From assembly GCA_014905635.1 (NCBI GenBank), contig JABVCE010000019.1, positions 62,001 to 126,000 on the forward strand: DNA of 64,000 nt. Reading direction: 5' to 3'. The DNA comes from Scenedesmus sp. PABB004. Lineage: Eukaryota. The translations under genes were made by a program, and so were the position numbers. Shown here piece by piece: positions 1 through 14,739 of the stretch (position 1 is the stretch's first letter; the number at the start of each line of letters is the position of its first letter). Below the pieces are notes generated by a model. It searched no databases. It was not told the origin of the DNA and saw nothing but the letters and a program-made list of their open reading frames with translations.

Positions 1-1462
1 CAGCTCGACTTCCTGAGCCCCGCGGCGCGCGCCGCGATCGCAGACGTGCGCGCCGCGCGCTGCGCTCTCTGTCTCGCGCGCCCGCCCGCGCGCCGCGCGC
101 CGCCGCCGCCGCGGCTGCGCCGCACCCCACGCCGCGGCACGCCCCGCGCGCACCCCAGGTGCGGCGCGCGGCGCAGCTTCTGGCCGTGTACGAGGCGGTC
201 GCGGCGCTGCGGGCCGACGCCGCGTTCCAGGAGGACGCGGCCGAGCCGGCGGTGCAGACGGCGCTGCAGGAGATGGCGGTCACAGGGGACATGGCCAAGT
301 GCGCGCACGCGCACGCGCACGTGCACGCGCGGGCGGCGCCGCGCTGCTCGGTCGACGGCGCCGCCGCGCTGCCCGCGCCGCCGCGCTCGCTGCGCGCTCG
401 CAGGGCGAGCCTGTTGATTTGTGCCTGACGCCAGCGCCGCCGCCGCCGCCGCCGCCGCGCCCTCAACCCTGGGGCGCAGGTACGCCGGCGACCGGCAGGT
501 CATGGCCGTCTCAGCAAAGCTCAAAAAGTTCCACACCGTCCTCAAGGCCGCCGGCGGTGTGCGGCTGGGCCTGGCGGACGTGCTGGTCAAGCCGGGGCAG
601 GCCGCGGACGCGCTTGCCGCGGCGGACGCCGCGCAGGTCGCGGGCCTCGCCGCCGCGGCGGACGCCGCGCGGCGCGCCGCCGCAGCCGCGCTCGCGGGGC
701 GCCCACCGCCGGCGGCGCGGCCGGCGGGCGGCGGCAGCGGCGGCGGCGGCGGCAGCGGGGGCGGGGAGATTGAGGCGGCAGGTGTGCGCGCCGGCGGGGG
801 CGGGGCCCGCGCGCCGGGCGCGGGGGGGGCCCGCGCGCCGGCCGCTCGCTGCCCGCCGCGCCCGCGCTTGCTGGGCACCGCCCGCGCCGCGCGCACCCCT
901 GCCCGTGTGTGCGCCACAGGCCCCGAGGCAGGCGCGGCGGCGCCGGGCGCCGACCTCGACCTGGACGCGCAGCTGCGCGCCGACAGGGCGGCCGCGGCCG
1001 CGGCGCGCGGGGCGCCGCCGGCGCGCAAGGCGCCCGAGGACATGGCCTTTGGCGAGCGGCTGCGCTACGAGCTGATCAAGAGCTTCAAGGACGTGAGTTT
1101 GCAGTTTGGTTTGACTTTGTTTTGTTTTGTTTTGTTTTGTTTTGGTTGCGCCTTTTCAAGGGACGGGGCTGCGCGCGCCGTGGTCCGCGGCGGCGCACGC
1201 ATGCGTGCGTGCCGTGCGCGCGTGCGGCCGGGCCCCCGCTCCACGCCCCGCCGCGCCGCGCGCCCGGCAGGCTGCCAAGATCATGCTGATGCTGTGCGTG
1301 CTGTGGGGCGTCATGTGGGCGGCCGGCATGTCGCCGTGGCAGCAGGACGGCGCCGCGCTGGAGGCGCGGCTGCGCGGCGTGCTGGAGGCGCGCGAGGCCG
1401 CGGCGCGGGCGGCGGACGGCGGCGGGGCGGCTCAGGCTGCCGCGCACGGCGGCGAGCTGTGA
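1..1462 (+). CDS. Hypothetical protein with a C-terminal transmembrane helix (5' end outside the window)
   Basis: GT-AG introns at about 46-158, 299-479, 782-919 and 1093-1270 join into a codon-biased frame ending ...AAKIMLMLCVLWGVMWAAGMSPW...AHGGEL*. Confidence 0.65.
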
Positions 1463-1500
1463 GCGCCCCAGCGTAACTGCGGCCGCGCCCCGGGAGATAC

Positions 1501-3699
1501 TTACACGGCGGGCTGAGCCGGCCGCGCGCCGCGCGCGCAGTCGGCCGCCGCCCGGCCGCAGCGCGCGCGCGCGCCTTGGTGCGGGTGGTGCACTCGGCGT
1601 CCAGCGCGGGCTGGACGCGCCCCTCCTGACACCACTGAGTCCACCCCTCCCCTAATCAAGTTCTCTGAAAGAACTAAACAAGGGCGTGCCTGGATCGAGA
1701 TGACCTCCCACTTGGGCCCCGCGAGGCCGAGCAGCAGGCCGTTCGCGCCGACCGCGTAGAACTGGCCGCTCGGGTCCACGAGCGCGCCGGTCAGGGACAG
1801 CTGCGCCCACTCCTTGCGCTTCGGGACAGCGTTCCACTTGGTGCCATCAAAGCGCAGGATGGTGCCCTGCGCGGGCGGCCGGGGAGCGCGGCCGGTCGGC
1901 GGCGGCGGCGCGCGGGGGCGCGCGACGGGGGCTGGCAGCGTGCGGCGCCGCGCGGCCAGCCGCGGCCGCGGCCGCACCTCCTCGCCGACAGCAAACGCGA
2001 GGCGGTTGCCGCGGGCGGCCACGGCGAGTAGGTTGGCGGTCGTGCCCGACTCAAACTTGCGCCACACCTTCTGGCGCCGGTTCCAGCGCAGGATGGTGCC
2101 GCCGTCGCCGACTGCGCGCGGTGCGGCGGCGTGCGGCGGCGGCTCGGGGCGCCGGCGGCAAGGCGAGCGCGCTCGGCCGCGGGGCCTCTCGCCTCGCGCC
2201 CGTGCGCCCACGCGCCCACGCGCGGCGCGCGCGCTCACCCGCCCACGCGGGCTCGCCGTTGACCGTCGCGACCTGGTGCAGCGTCTGCGTCGTGGGCGTG
2301 GGGTCGACGGTCCACTTCTTGGGGTCGGTGCCCTTGGCGCGCACGATCGTGCCGCCCGTCCCGACCGCGATCGCTGACTTGTCCGCGAGCGCGGCGACGT
2401 GGAGCAGGTTGGACCGCGTGCCGGGGACCTGGCCCCAATAGAGGGAAAAGTCCTGTGGACGCGACGCGCGCGCGCCGGCGGGCGCAGGCGGCTCAGCGCG
2501 CGGCTCGGCGGGCGCAGGCGCCTCAGCGCGCGGCTCGGCGGGCGCGGCTCGGCGGGCGCGGCGCGGCGGGCGCGGCGCGGCGGGCTGCCGCCGCGCGCGA
2601 GCCGCACCTCGAAGATCAGCCACACGTACGCGTCGGCGCCGACGAGCCACAGGTTCTCCTGGCCCGTGGCCACGCCGTGCAGGCCTGCGCGCAGCGTGCA
2701 CGGCGCATGGCGCGTCTGCTCGGCGCGCATGGCTGCCTCTCACGGGCGCCGCGCTCGCCGCGTGGGGCGCACCGTTCTTGTCCTTGAAGCGATACCAGGC
2801 CTTGCCGTCAAACATGTAGTAGTCGTTGCCGCCGACTGCGGTCAACAGCGGTCAACGGCGGTCAGCGGTTCGTGTTCGGCGCCCCCTTGCGTGGCCCCCC
2901 GCGCGGCTCGCGCGGCGGCGGCGCGCCGCGGCCGCCGCGCGGCGGCCGCACCCGCGGCGGCCCAGGTCTCGTTGACGAGGGCGATGCCGGTGATGTAGGC
3001 CTCCGGGTAGCGCAGCGTCCAGTCCTTGCCGTCGAAGCCGGCAAGCAGGTTGAGCCCGCCGACCTGCGAGCGCGTGCGCGGGCAGTGAGGGCGCGCCCGA
3101 GTGGTGTGCGCGCCCGCACGCACGGCCGCGCCCAGCGGCTGCGCGGCGAGCGCTGGCGCACCCAGTGGCTGAACTTGCCGGGCGTGGGGATGGCATACAT
3201 TGCCGCGTCCTGCGCGGGGCAGCGCGGCGCGGCGCGTGTGAGCGCGGCGCGCGGTGCGGGACGCGCGAGGGCCGCGGCGCGGGCGCTGGGGCGCTGGGGC
3301 GCGGGCGCGCGTTTTGCCGGCGCGGCGCAGTCGAGAGGCCGTGCCTGCGTGCAGGTCGCCCACTCGCCCTTGGCGTTCTTGCCGCGCGTGAAGCCGGCAA
3401 TGCAGGCGAGGTCGCACGACTTGCCGTCGGCGCCGCCGCAGAACGCGCGGCCCTGAGCGGGCTGGTTGCACTTCAGCACGCGCCCGCCGCACGTGAGCTC
3501 GACGGTGGGCGTGCCTGCGGCGCGGGGGAGCGTGCTCGGCGGGCGGCGGGGGCCGCGGGAGGCCGCGGCGGCTGCAGCCACGCCGCGCGCGCGGCGGCTC
3601 ACCCTGCGCGGCGGCCGGCTCGCCCTGCGCGGCGGCCGGCGCGGCCGCCAGCGCGGCCAGGCAGAGCAGGGCCAGGGCCCTGGGCGCGACCGCCATCAT
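1501..3699 (-). CDS. Secreted protein: signal peptide, small Cys-rich domain, then a beta-propeller of AVGxxGTILR/FDGxxW repeats (BNR/Ycf48-like); 3' end uncertain
   Basis: N-terminus MMAVAPRALALLCLAALAAAPAAAQG. Spliced exons give repeats AVGGNDYYMFDGKAW, AVGTGGTIVR, VGDGGTILRW, AVGEEGTILRFDGTKW and AVGANGLLL. Confidence 0.7.
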
Positions 3700-4647
3700 G
3701 GCGGGCCTGGGCGCGGGCGCAGGCGGGCGAGGGCCGGGCGGGAGCAGGACGGCGACCGGTGACACCGCGCCCCCGGGCGCTGCGCGGGCTGGTACGGACA
3801 GTATATCTTGCTGGCAATCGCCCGCGCAGGTCGCGGCCGGGCCCGGGGCCGCAGCGGGCGGCTGCCTGGACAACCCGCGGAGGGTCCGCGTTCGCTCGAG
3901 CCAGCACGCGCGGCCGGGCTCACCTCTGCGCTGCAGCGCGCAGAGCGCGCGAGCACGCCAGCCGGGTGCCTGCGCCGCGGGCGCCCGCTGCCGGGGCCGC
4001 TGCGGGCGCGCGGCGATCGGGTGGGAGCGGCGCGCGCGTGCGCCGCTGCGGATCGCGGCAGCCGAGCACGTGGGGAGGCACTTGGAGAAGAGGCCCAGGC
4101 CGGGGGAGTGCGAGCGGGCGGCGAACGCGCGCGGGCTATGAGCCCGCGCACTCACTTGCCGTCCCGCGTCCTGCAGGACGCTGCAAGCTGCCGAAGCCAG
4201 GGGCAGCGTCAAAAGGCTGCGAGCGTTCGCCGAAAATGCAAGAGCACTTCGATGAACGGTTTCGGCGCGCCACCGGCTCCCGGGGCGCCCTGGACGAGCA
4301 GCTGGGCGAGTGCTCAACCCCCAGTGCTGCGGCTGTGGTGCTCGACGGGGCCGTGCGGGCCGCTAGTGCGCGGTTGGCGATGATCTTTCGACCAAAACTG
4401 GCCCGGGCGGCGCGTCAGGGGCGCCAGCGCGCCGTGTTTGACATTGCTCATCGCGCGGTCGGGCCGGCGGCGGCGGCACCGGGTGTGCACGCTGCCGGCC
4501 GCCGCGCCGCGCGGCTCGGCGCGACCCCGGCTGCGGCTGCGGGTCAGGGGCCTGGCGGGAGGCGCGGTTGCCACGGCGCAGCGCCGCCTGCCGCCGCCTT
4601 GCGCGCCACGCACCGCGGTGCTGGCGTGGGACTTCCGCCGCAGGCGG

Positions 4648-5568
4648 TCACGAGACGCTCGCGACGGCCACGCCGCTGCTTAAGGCGGCGCCGGCTGCGC
4701 CGCGCGCCCTCGCCGCCCGCCAGCCGTGCGCGGCGCGCGGCACGAGCGCGGTGCCGGCGACGTTGACGCCCGGCAGCGCCGCCGCCGCCGGCGCGCCGCC
4801 GCCGGCCCCGCTGCGCGCGGCGGCGGCGGGGCTGCCGCCGCCCGCGGCGGGGCCGTCCCAGACGCTGCTGGCCGCGCCGGCTCTGCTGCCAGCGCCGGCG
4901 GCGGCGCCGCCGAGCCGCCCGCCGCTCGCCGCCAGGCTGTACCAGCAGGTGCCGCCGCCGTCGCTGCTGCTGCTGGCGGCGGCGGCGGCGGCCGAGCCCG
5001 GCCGGCTGCTGCAGCTGGACGAGCCCCAGCTGAGCCGCTGCGGCGCGCGCCGGCGCGGCCGCGCCCCGCCCGCCGCGGCGCAGCCGCCCGCCGCGCCCAG
5101 CGCGGGGCTGAACGCGCTGTGCGCGAGCGGCGGCGGCGCTGGCCAGCCGCCCTGCCAGCGCGGCGAGCCGGTGCTGCTGCCGGCGCTGCTGCTGCAGCCG
5201 CCCTGCCCCAGGCGCTGCGCCAGGCTGATGCTGCCGGCCGCGGAGCTGCGCGGCGCCGCTGCCGCGCTGCTGCCGTCGCCGCCAGGGGGGCTCCTGCCTG
5301 CCCCGCTCGCCCGCAGCTGCCGCCGGGCGCCTGTGCCGGCGCTGCGCGGCGGGGGCGCCCTCGCGAGCTTCTCCTGCCAGCTGGGGCTCGCCAGCGGCGT
5401 CACCGGCGTCGCCGCCGGCCGCCGCGGGCCGGGCGGCGCCGCTGCCGCGACCAGGCTCGCGTGCGCGCGCTGCAGCGCGGCGTGGCCTCGCTGGAGCTCC
5501 CCCAGCTGCTCCAGCGCCGCCCCCAGGCTCGCCGCCAGGCGCTCCTGCAGCTCGGCCAGCTCCTCCAT
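4648..5568 (-). CDS. Hypothetical low-complexity protein with an N-terminal coiled coil
   Basis: Single ORF beginning MEELAELQERLAASLGAALEQLGELQRGHAALQRAH (heptad pattern), divergent from the HDAC gene; the rest is low complexity. Confidence 0.4.
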   Translation of the reverse strand: MEELAELQERLAASLGAALEQLGELQRGHAALQRAHASLVAAAAPPGPRRPAATPVTPLASPSWQEKLARAPPPRSAGTGARRQLRASGAGRSPPGGDGSSAAAAPRSSAAGSISLAQRLGQGGCSSSAGSSTGSPRWQGGWPAPPPLAHSAFSPALGAAGGCAAAGGARPRRRAPQRLSWGSSSCSSRPGSAAAAAASSSSDGGGTCWYSLAASGGRLGGAAAGAGSRAGAASSVWDGPAAGGGSPAAAARSGAGGGAPAAAALPGVNVAGTALVPRAAHGWRAARARGAAGAALSSGVAVASVS

Positions 5569-5973
5569 GGCGCGCCGCAGCTGCTGCCTGGTGACTGGCG
5601 GTTGTTGCGCGCCGCGGCGGCGGTTGGCGGGCGGCGCGGGCGGCGGTGAGTCGAGGTGCGTTCAGGGCTAAGCTGTCAACACTCGCCTGTCGGGCTGCGG
5701 CGACGGGAAAGAGTGGATTGGGGTGCCGCGCCGCCGGCGTTGTGACGGTGTCGCTGCCGCCGCGCGCGGCACAAGCATGTGTGCCCGTGTGGCACACGGG
5801 TGTGCCTTAGGACGACCATCCCGCCTCCCGCTGCCCGACCCGACCGCGCTCCGGCCCTCGCACGACGCCGCCGACATGAGCAGCGGGCGCGCGGAGCCTG
5901 CGGCGGCGCTCGCGCCGGCGCGCCGGCGCGCCGCCGCAAGCTGAGCCGCCGCCACCGGCCGTGGCCGCGCGCC

Positions 5974-8900
5974 ATGGATGCCCCAGAGCAGCTGGGCGCG
6001 GCAGCGGGGCCGCCGCCGGCGCCCGGCGCCGCCGCCGCGCCAGCGCAGCAGCACGCGCGGGCCGACAAGCGCGTGGGAATCGTGTTCGACGCCGTCATGG
6101 AGCTGCACCTCCGCGAAGGCCACCCCGAGCACCCCAACCGCGTGCGCGAGCTCAACGCGCGGCTCGAGGGCGAGGGGCTGCTCGAGCGCTGCGCGCGCCT
6201 GTCGCCGGCGCGGGCGACCGACGCGGAGCTGCTGGCCTGCCACTCGCGCGCGCACGTCGACAAGGCGCGGCGCGCGGCGCGCGCGCGCGCGCGCGCGCGC
6301 GCGTGCGCGCGCGCGACATGCTCCGCCGCCGCCGCCGGCCCCGCCGCCGCCGCCGGCCCCGCCGCCGCCGCCGCCGCCGACGCCGCACCCGCGTCCTGCA
6401 GGTGGAGGGCCTGTATGGCGCGCCCATCACCGCGGCGGGGCTGCCGGCGGCGCGCGTGGGGGACGCCTTCATCATCAGCGGTGACATCTTCTGCAACGCC
6501 CACACCGCCGCCGCCGCGCGGAGCGCGGCGGGCTGCGCGGCGCAGGTGACGCGCCGCGCTGCCGCGCCGCGCCGCGCCGCGCCGCGCCGCCGGCCGAGCC
6601 CGCGCGCCGCCGGCCGAGCCCCCGCGACCGCGCCGCGCCGCGCCGCCGGCCCGCGCGCCGCCGACTGAGCCCCCGCGCTGCCGCACAGGCTGTGCGCGCT
6701 GTGCTGACGGGCGAGGTCGAAGCAGCCTTTGCAGTAGTGCGTCCTCCGGGCCACCACGCGGAGTCGGAGGCTCTGCAGGGGTTTTGCTTTTACAACAACG
6801 TGGCTGTCGCGGCACGCGCCGCGCTCGCGCGCCCGGGCGTGCGCCGCGTGGCGGTCGTCGACTGGGACGTGCGTGCTGCGGGCCGCGTGCTGCGTGCCGC
6901 GGGGGCGGCCGCGGCGCGCGCCCTGCCCTCGCTCCTGTGCGCTCGCAGCCGTCTGACACCCTCACCGCCGCCGCCGCAGATCCACCACGGCAACGGCACG
7001 CAGCAGATCTTTGAGGCCGACCCCGCCGTGCTGGTGCTCTCCATCCACCGCCGCGACAAAAACTTCTACCCCCAGGCGCGCCGGACGCCGCCCCCGCCGG
7101 CAGCCAACCGCTGCCGCTGTCCACGCCGGCGCAGCCGCCGCCGCCGCCCGCGCCGGCAGCCGCCGCCGCTGGCAGCCAGCCGCCGCCGCCGCCGCCGCCG
7201 GCCACGCCGCCGCCCGCCTGGACGCTAAACCCCAGACCCGGCCGGCTCGCCGCAGGGCTGCGGCTACGCGGGCGAGGTCGGCACCGGCCCGGGGCGGGGC
7301 TTCAACGTCAACGTGCCCTGGCCCTGCAAGGGCATGGGCGACGCCGACTATGACGCCGCGTTGGAACTGCTGGTCGACCCAATCCTGGCGTCCTTTGCGC
7401 CCGACCTGGTGATCATCTCCGCCGGCTTCGACGCCGCGGCGGGCGACTTTTTGGGCCAGACCGAGGTGCGTCCGGGGCGCCGGCGCGCAGCGAACGCACT
7501 GGCGCGCCGCGAGGGGCGGCGCGCGCCGCCGGCGGTCCGGCGGGCGCCGCCGGCAGCGAGCACCGCGGGGCGGCGCCCGTGCGCGCGCTTCCGCCGCAGG
7601 TGTCGCCCGCCGGGTTTGCGGCGATGACGGCGCGCCTCGCGGCGCACGCGGGCGGCAAGCTGGTTGCCGTGCTGGAGGGCGGATACGTGCCCAGGTGGGT
7701 GGCGGGCAGCCGGCGCCGGGCCGCGTGGAGCCTCGGTTGCGTGTGTCGTGCCGCGCCGCGCGGCCGCGTCGCAGCGATTGGGCGCTGCGCCGACCCGCTG
7801 CCGCCCGCCGCCCGCGGCGCGCGCGCAGCCTCGTGGGCGAGTGCGCAGCGGCGGTGCTGCGCGTGATGCTCGGGGAGCCGCCGCCGCCGCCGCGCTGGCC
7901 GGCCGGGCTGAAGCTGCACGCGCGCACGCGGGGCGCCCTGTCCGCCGTCGACGCGGTGCAGCGCGACCACTGGCCCGCGCTCGCGGCCGCGGGGGAGTTT
8001 GAGGCCCGCTTCGCCATCTTCTCGACGCGACTGCGCCTCGAGGCGGTGCGCCTCGGCGCCGCGGCCGAGGCCGCCGCGCCGCGCGCGCACGGCACGCGCG
8101 GCGCGGCCGCGGCCGCGGCGGCGGCCACGGCGGCCGCGGCGGCGGGCGAGGCGGAGCGGGGCGCCGCGGGGGGCGGCGGCGGCGAGCAGCGGGGAGAGGG
8201 GCCGGCCAGCCTCGCGGCGGCGGCGGCCGCGGCGGGCGCGGGCCGGCGCGCGGCGGCGGCCGCGGCGGCGCGCAAGGCCGCAGCGGAGGCGCGCCGCGCA
8301 GGCCGCGCTGCCGGCGAGGTGGGCGCGGGCGCTCCCCTGGCACTGGAGCAGCAGGCGCTGTCGGTGCCCGCGGCGGCGGCGCCGCCCGTGGCGGCAGCAG
8401 CGGCCGAGGGCGGCGCGCCTGCTGCGGCCGGCGCCGCCGCCGACTCCCCAGGGGCAGGCACCCTCACGGGGCTGCTGCGAGGGCTCAGCCTGTCGGCGGC
8501 GGCGCAGGAGGAGGCGCTGCCAGTGGCGCCTTCCGCGCCGGACCGCGCACTTGTGGCGGGGCAGCAGGCGGCTGCGGCTGCGGAGCCGGCGCGTGCAGCA
8601 GCAGTCGGCGCGGCGCCCGCCACGCCGGCGCGCAGGAGGGCCAGCGCAGGCGCGGCCAGCCCAGCGTCCGGGCCTGGCGTGGCCACGCGCTCGGCCTCCA
8701 AGGCCTCGCCCGCGGCGCGCGCCGGCGAGCAGCCGCCGTCGCCGGTGCCGCTCGCGCAGCCGCGGCCACCGGCGCTGACGGGCACGCCCGGCGGCGTGCG
8801 GGCACCCAGCACGCCGGTCCTGTTTGAGGCGCAGCCAGGGGCAGCAGCTGCGCCGGCAGCAGCCGACGCGCTGGCACCCGCACCCGCAGCGGAGCTGCCT

Positions 8901-9188
8901 GCCCCCTGGAGCGGCGCGCCCGCAGGCGACGACGCGAGGCAGCACGCGGCAGCGCCGGCGCCATGCGCGCAGCAGCAAGCGATGGAGGCGGCAGAGCTGC
9001 GCGCGCTGGGCGCGCCGCCGTCCGCGGCTTCGAGCGCTGCCGCAGAGGCGGCACCGCAGGCGGCAGCCGGCGCTGCGCATGCGGCGCCATGGCAGCGCCC
9101 CAGCGCTGCCGCGCCGGCAGCGCGCGGCCCCCCGCCCGAGCTGCTGGCGGCGGCGGCGCTGGCGCTGCCCGACGACGACGACGAGTGA
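5974..9188 (+). CDS. Class II (HDA1/HDAC6-like) histone deacetylase with a low-complexity C-terminal tail
   Basis: Seven exons give [54 protein letters not shown] and VLEGGY, so the catalytic and Zn-binding motifs are intact. Two introns have GC donors (6265, 7076). Confidence 0.93.
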
Positions 9189-10040
9189 GCTGCAGCGCGA
9201 CTGTGCTGTCTGGAGGCCCCACTGCACTGCATCGCTTGGAGTCTCCAATCTGGAGGAGAGGGCTGTGCCTCGGCGGCGAGCGGCGCCTGCCCGCCCTGGG
9301 TCTGCTGCGCTGGGGAGCGTGCTGCTGACCTGCCGCGGCCTGCGCGGCTGTACACTGAAAAGGCTGCGGCGCTCCTGCAATGGGGCCAGCAGCGGCGGCG
9401 TTGCGATCTGTGGCTGTCCTGTGCTGCTCTGGGCTGGCAGCGGACCGTGTGACGCCGTCGTCTCCGCCCCGCCCGCGCCCGCCAGCGACCGGCCGCTTGC
9501 CAGCCCAGACTGGCCGGCTGGGCTTGCGCGCGCGGCAGCTGCTAGCTCCAGCGCTGGAGCACCTACCGTGGTACTGGGTGCGCGGGACGAGGGGGCGAGG
9601 CGGCGGTCGCCGGCGGCCGCCCACTTATTTGTTTCCAATGAAACGCCCATCAACGGCGCGCAGGGGCGCGGCCTGCATCGCAGCAGCCGCGGCCGCACCC
9701 CCGGCCGGCGCCGGCAGGGGGCGCTGCTGCGCGGGGCGCCGCCCTGTGGCGATGTGCCCGGGCGCGCCCGCCGTCGCAGGCGGGCGCGTCGCTCCACAGC
9801 GAACGGAGCATCCTCAAATCACACACGCGCTCTCTGGTGTCGGGTTATTGATCGCCCGCCGGTGCCGGCGGCGGCTTATGACCTGCGCTGGCCAGTCAGT
9901 CCGTCTGTCGGTCAAGCAGCGCCCTCCCTGCACGCACTGCGTCGTCGCGCACGGCTCCGGCAGGGGACACAGGCCCCTCAGCCAACGCCAACGCCTGAAC
10001 CCTGAACCCTGCTGAGCCCCGCTGAGCCCTCCTAGGAGCT

Positions 10041-12713
<2,673 letters not shown>

Positions 12714-13661
12714 CGCGCGCTGCTGGGACGCCTGCGGCGGGCGGGTGAGCGTGGGCGGGAGGCCGGCGACGGCGGCGGCGCGCCGCTGCTGGTCTGGCGC
12801 CGCGCCGCGGCCGAGCCCCGCCGCCAGCGCGCGCTGCCAGCAAGCTCCCTGGCGTTGGTTCGCGCATGCAACGGCCCCTCGCCTTGCCGCCCGCACGATC
12901 GGGGGGCCGGCGCGGGCGGGCCCGCTGGCGCGGCTGGGAAAGGGCGCGCGGCGGGCGCCGATCGCGGGCAGCGGTCCGGCGTGCAGGCCACGATCCCAGA
13001 GCAGTCACGCCCGCTGCTGCTGGGCCCCCGCGCGCCGCGGGCGCCCGCCCCCGGCACATCGCGGACCGGCGCACCGCTGCGGTGGGGGCTCCTGGTGGCC
13101 CGTCGGCGCGCGTGGAAGCGTGAAGCGCTGTCACAAGCGTCTGAGCCGACTCTGGCCGGGCGTGGAGCGCGGAGCGAGGAGGTCGCGTTGGTTGCGCCGG
13201 CTGCTGCTGGCGGGCGCGGGCGAACGGCGCGGCGCGGGAGCCCGGCAGACTGCGTGGAGTGAACTGGCAGCGCTGAGCTGCGCTCCAGCGCGCGACCAGC
13301 GGGGCGACTGGTGGGCTGCCAGCCCTGGCTGCAGCGCCCGTGTTAGGCCGCGCCGCCTGCCGCCAAGGCCCGCACGTCATTCTGCGCGCTGCGGCCGAGC
13401 TCAGGGAGCCACGCGGGCGTCGCTGGCGCGAGCAGCCGCGAAGTTGCCGCGCGGGCCTCCGCGCCCCCCGCGCGCCCTGGGGCCGCGCCGACGCGCGGAG
13501 AGCTCGAGCCGCAGCTCAGGAACACACGACCTGTCGCAGCTGGGCGGTGGCGCGGGGCCGTCGCCGCCGCGGCGGGCAGCGGGCAGGCAGCAGCCCTGGC
13601 CGCGCGCGGGCCCGCGCGCGCCCGACAGCTGGCGGTGGTTACCGACACCCCGCCGGCGCTC

Positions 13662-14339
13662 CTAGACCTTCTTGAACTCGTACCGCAGCGCCCGCAGCGC
13701 CGCGAGCTCGGCCGCGTTGGACGCGAGCATGCGCGCCGCGCCGCCCGCCGCGCCGACCGCGGCCAGCGGCAGCGCCGGCAGCCACGCGAGCTCCCAGTGC
13801 CCGCCGAGCACGGGGCCGAAGCGCGCGGCGCTCGCGAGCAGCGCGCGCGCCCAGTAGAGCGCGCCGCCGGCCGTGAGCGCGCCGCCGGCGGCGAGCGCGG
13901 CCGCGCCGCCGCGCGCCAGCTCCGCCGGCGCGGCGCCGCCGCCGCCGCGCCGCGCGGCCGCCGCCGCGCCGCCGTCCCGCGGCGGCAGCCGCCACAGCAG
14001 CGCGGCGCCGGCGGCCGCGAGCCCGGCCGCCTGCGCCGCGAGCGCCGCGGCGGCGCCGCGCGCGCTGCACACGGGTCGCAGCTCGCCCGTGTACCGCGCC
14101 TCCCACGGCCGCGCGAGCTGCGCCGCCGCGCCGTGCGCCCACGCCGCGGCGAGCAGCAGCGCGAGCGCGCCGAGGGCGAGGCGGAAGCCGCGCGCCTGCG
14201 CCGCCGACGCCGCCTCCAGCACGGCGATGACCGCGTCCTGCTCGGCCGCGTCCAGCGGCGCGTCGTCCGCGAGCAGCGCGGCCGCCGCGTCCGGCGGGGG
14301 CCGGTGCCGCCGGCGGTTCTGCTGCTGCTGCTGCATCAT
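13662..14339 (-). CDS. Single-exon multi-pass membrane protein of unknown function
   Basis: 225-aa ORF with an N-terminal PLDAAEQDAVI segment, about four hydrophobic stretches and a C-terminal ELAALRALRYEFKKV. Confidence 0.7.
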   Translation of the reverse strand: MMQQQQQNRRRHRPPPDAAAALLADDAPLDAAEQDAVIAVLEAASAAQARGFRLALGALALLLAAAWAHGAAAQLARPWEARYTGELRPVCSARGAAAALAAQAAGLAAAGAALLWRLPPRDGGAAAAARRGGGGAAPAELARGGAAALAAGGALTAGGALYWARALLASAARFGPVLGGHWELAWLPALPLAAVGAAGGAARMLASNAAELAALRALRYEFKKV

Positions 14340-14739
14340 TTGAGGTTGCGCACGCTGGAGGTGGCGGTTGAGCGTCGACGGGCGCCGCTGCTGCGCGAAC
14401 GGCGGCGGCGGCGGGGCGAGGGCGGCGGGGGGCCTGCTGTGCCAGGGAGAGCTGACCGTGCGGCTGAACGTGCGGTTGTGGGCGGTCGGGCGGCGCCGGG
14501 GGGAGCTGCGTGCGCAAGCGGCGGCTCGTCACGCGTCGTCGTCGCGCTTCTGCTGCTGGGTCCGGCGGCGCTGCGCTGCGCCAGGCAAGACCGTTGCTGG
14601 CGCCATGCGCTGCACACTGCGCTCCTCTGCGCGCGCACGGCGCCTCTCGACTGCGGCACAGCGCGCCGCACCAGCGGCGCCAGCGCAGCGGCAGCGGCGC
14701 CCGCGCTCGAACGTCGCAGCCCCCAGCCCTGCCGACACG

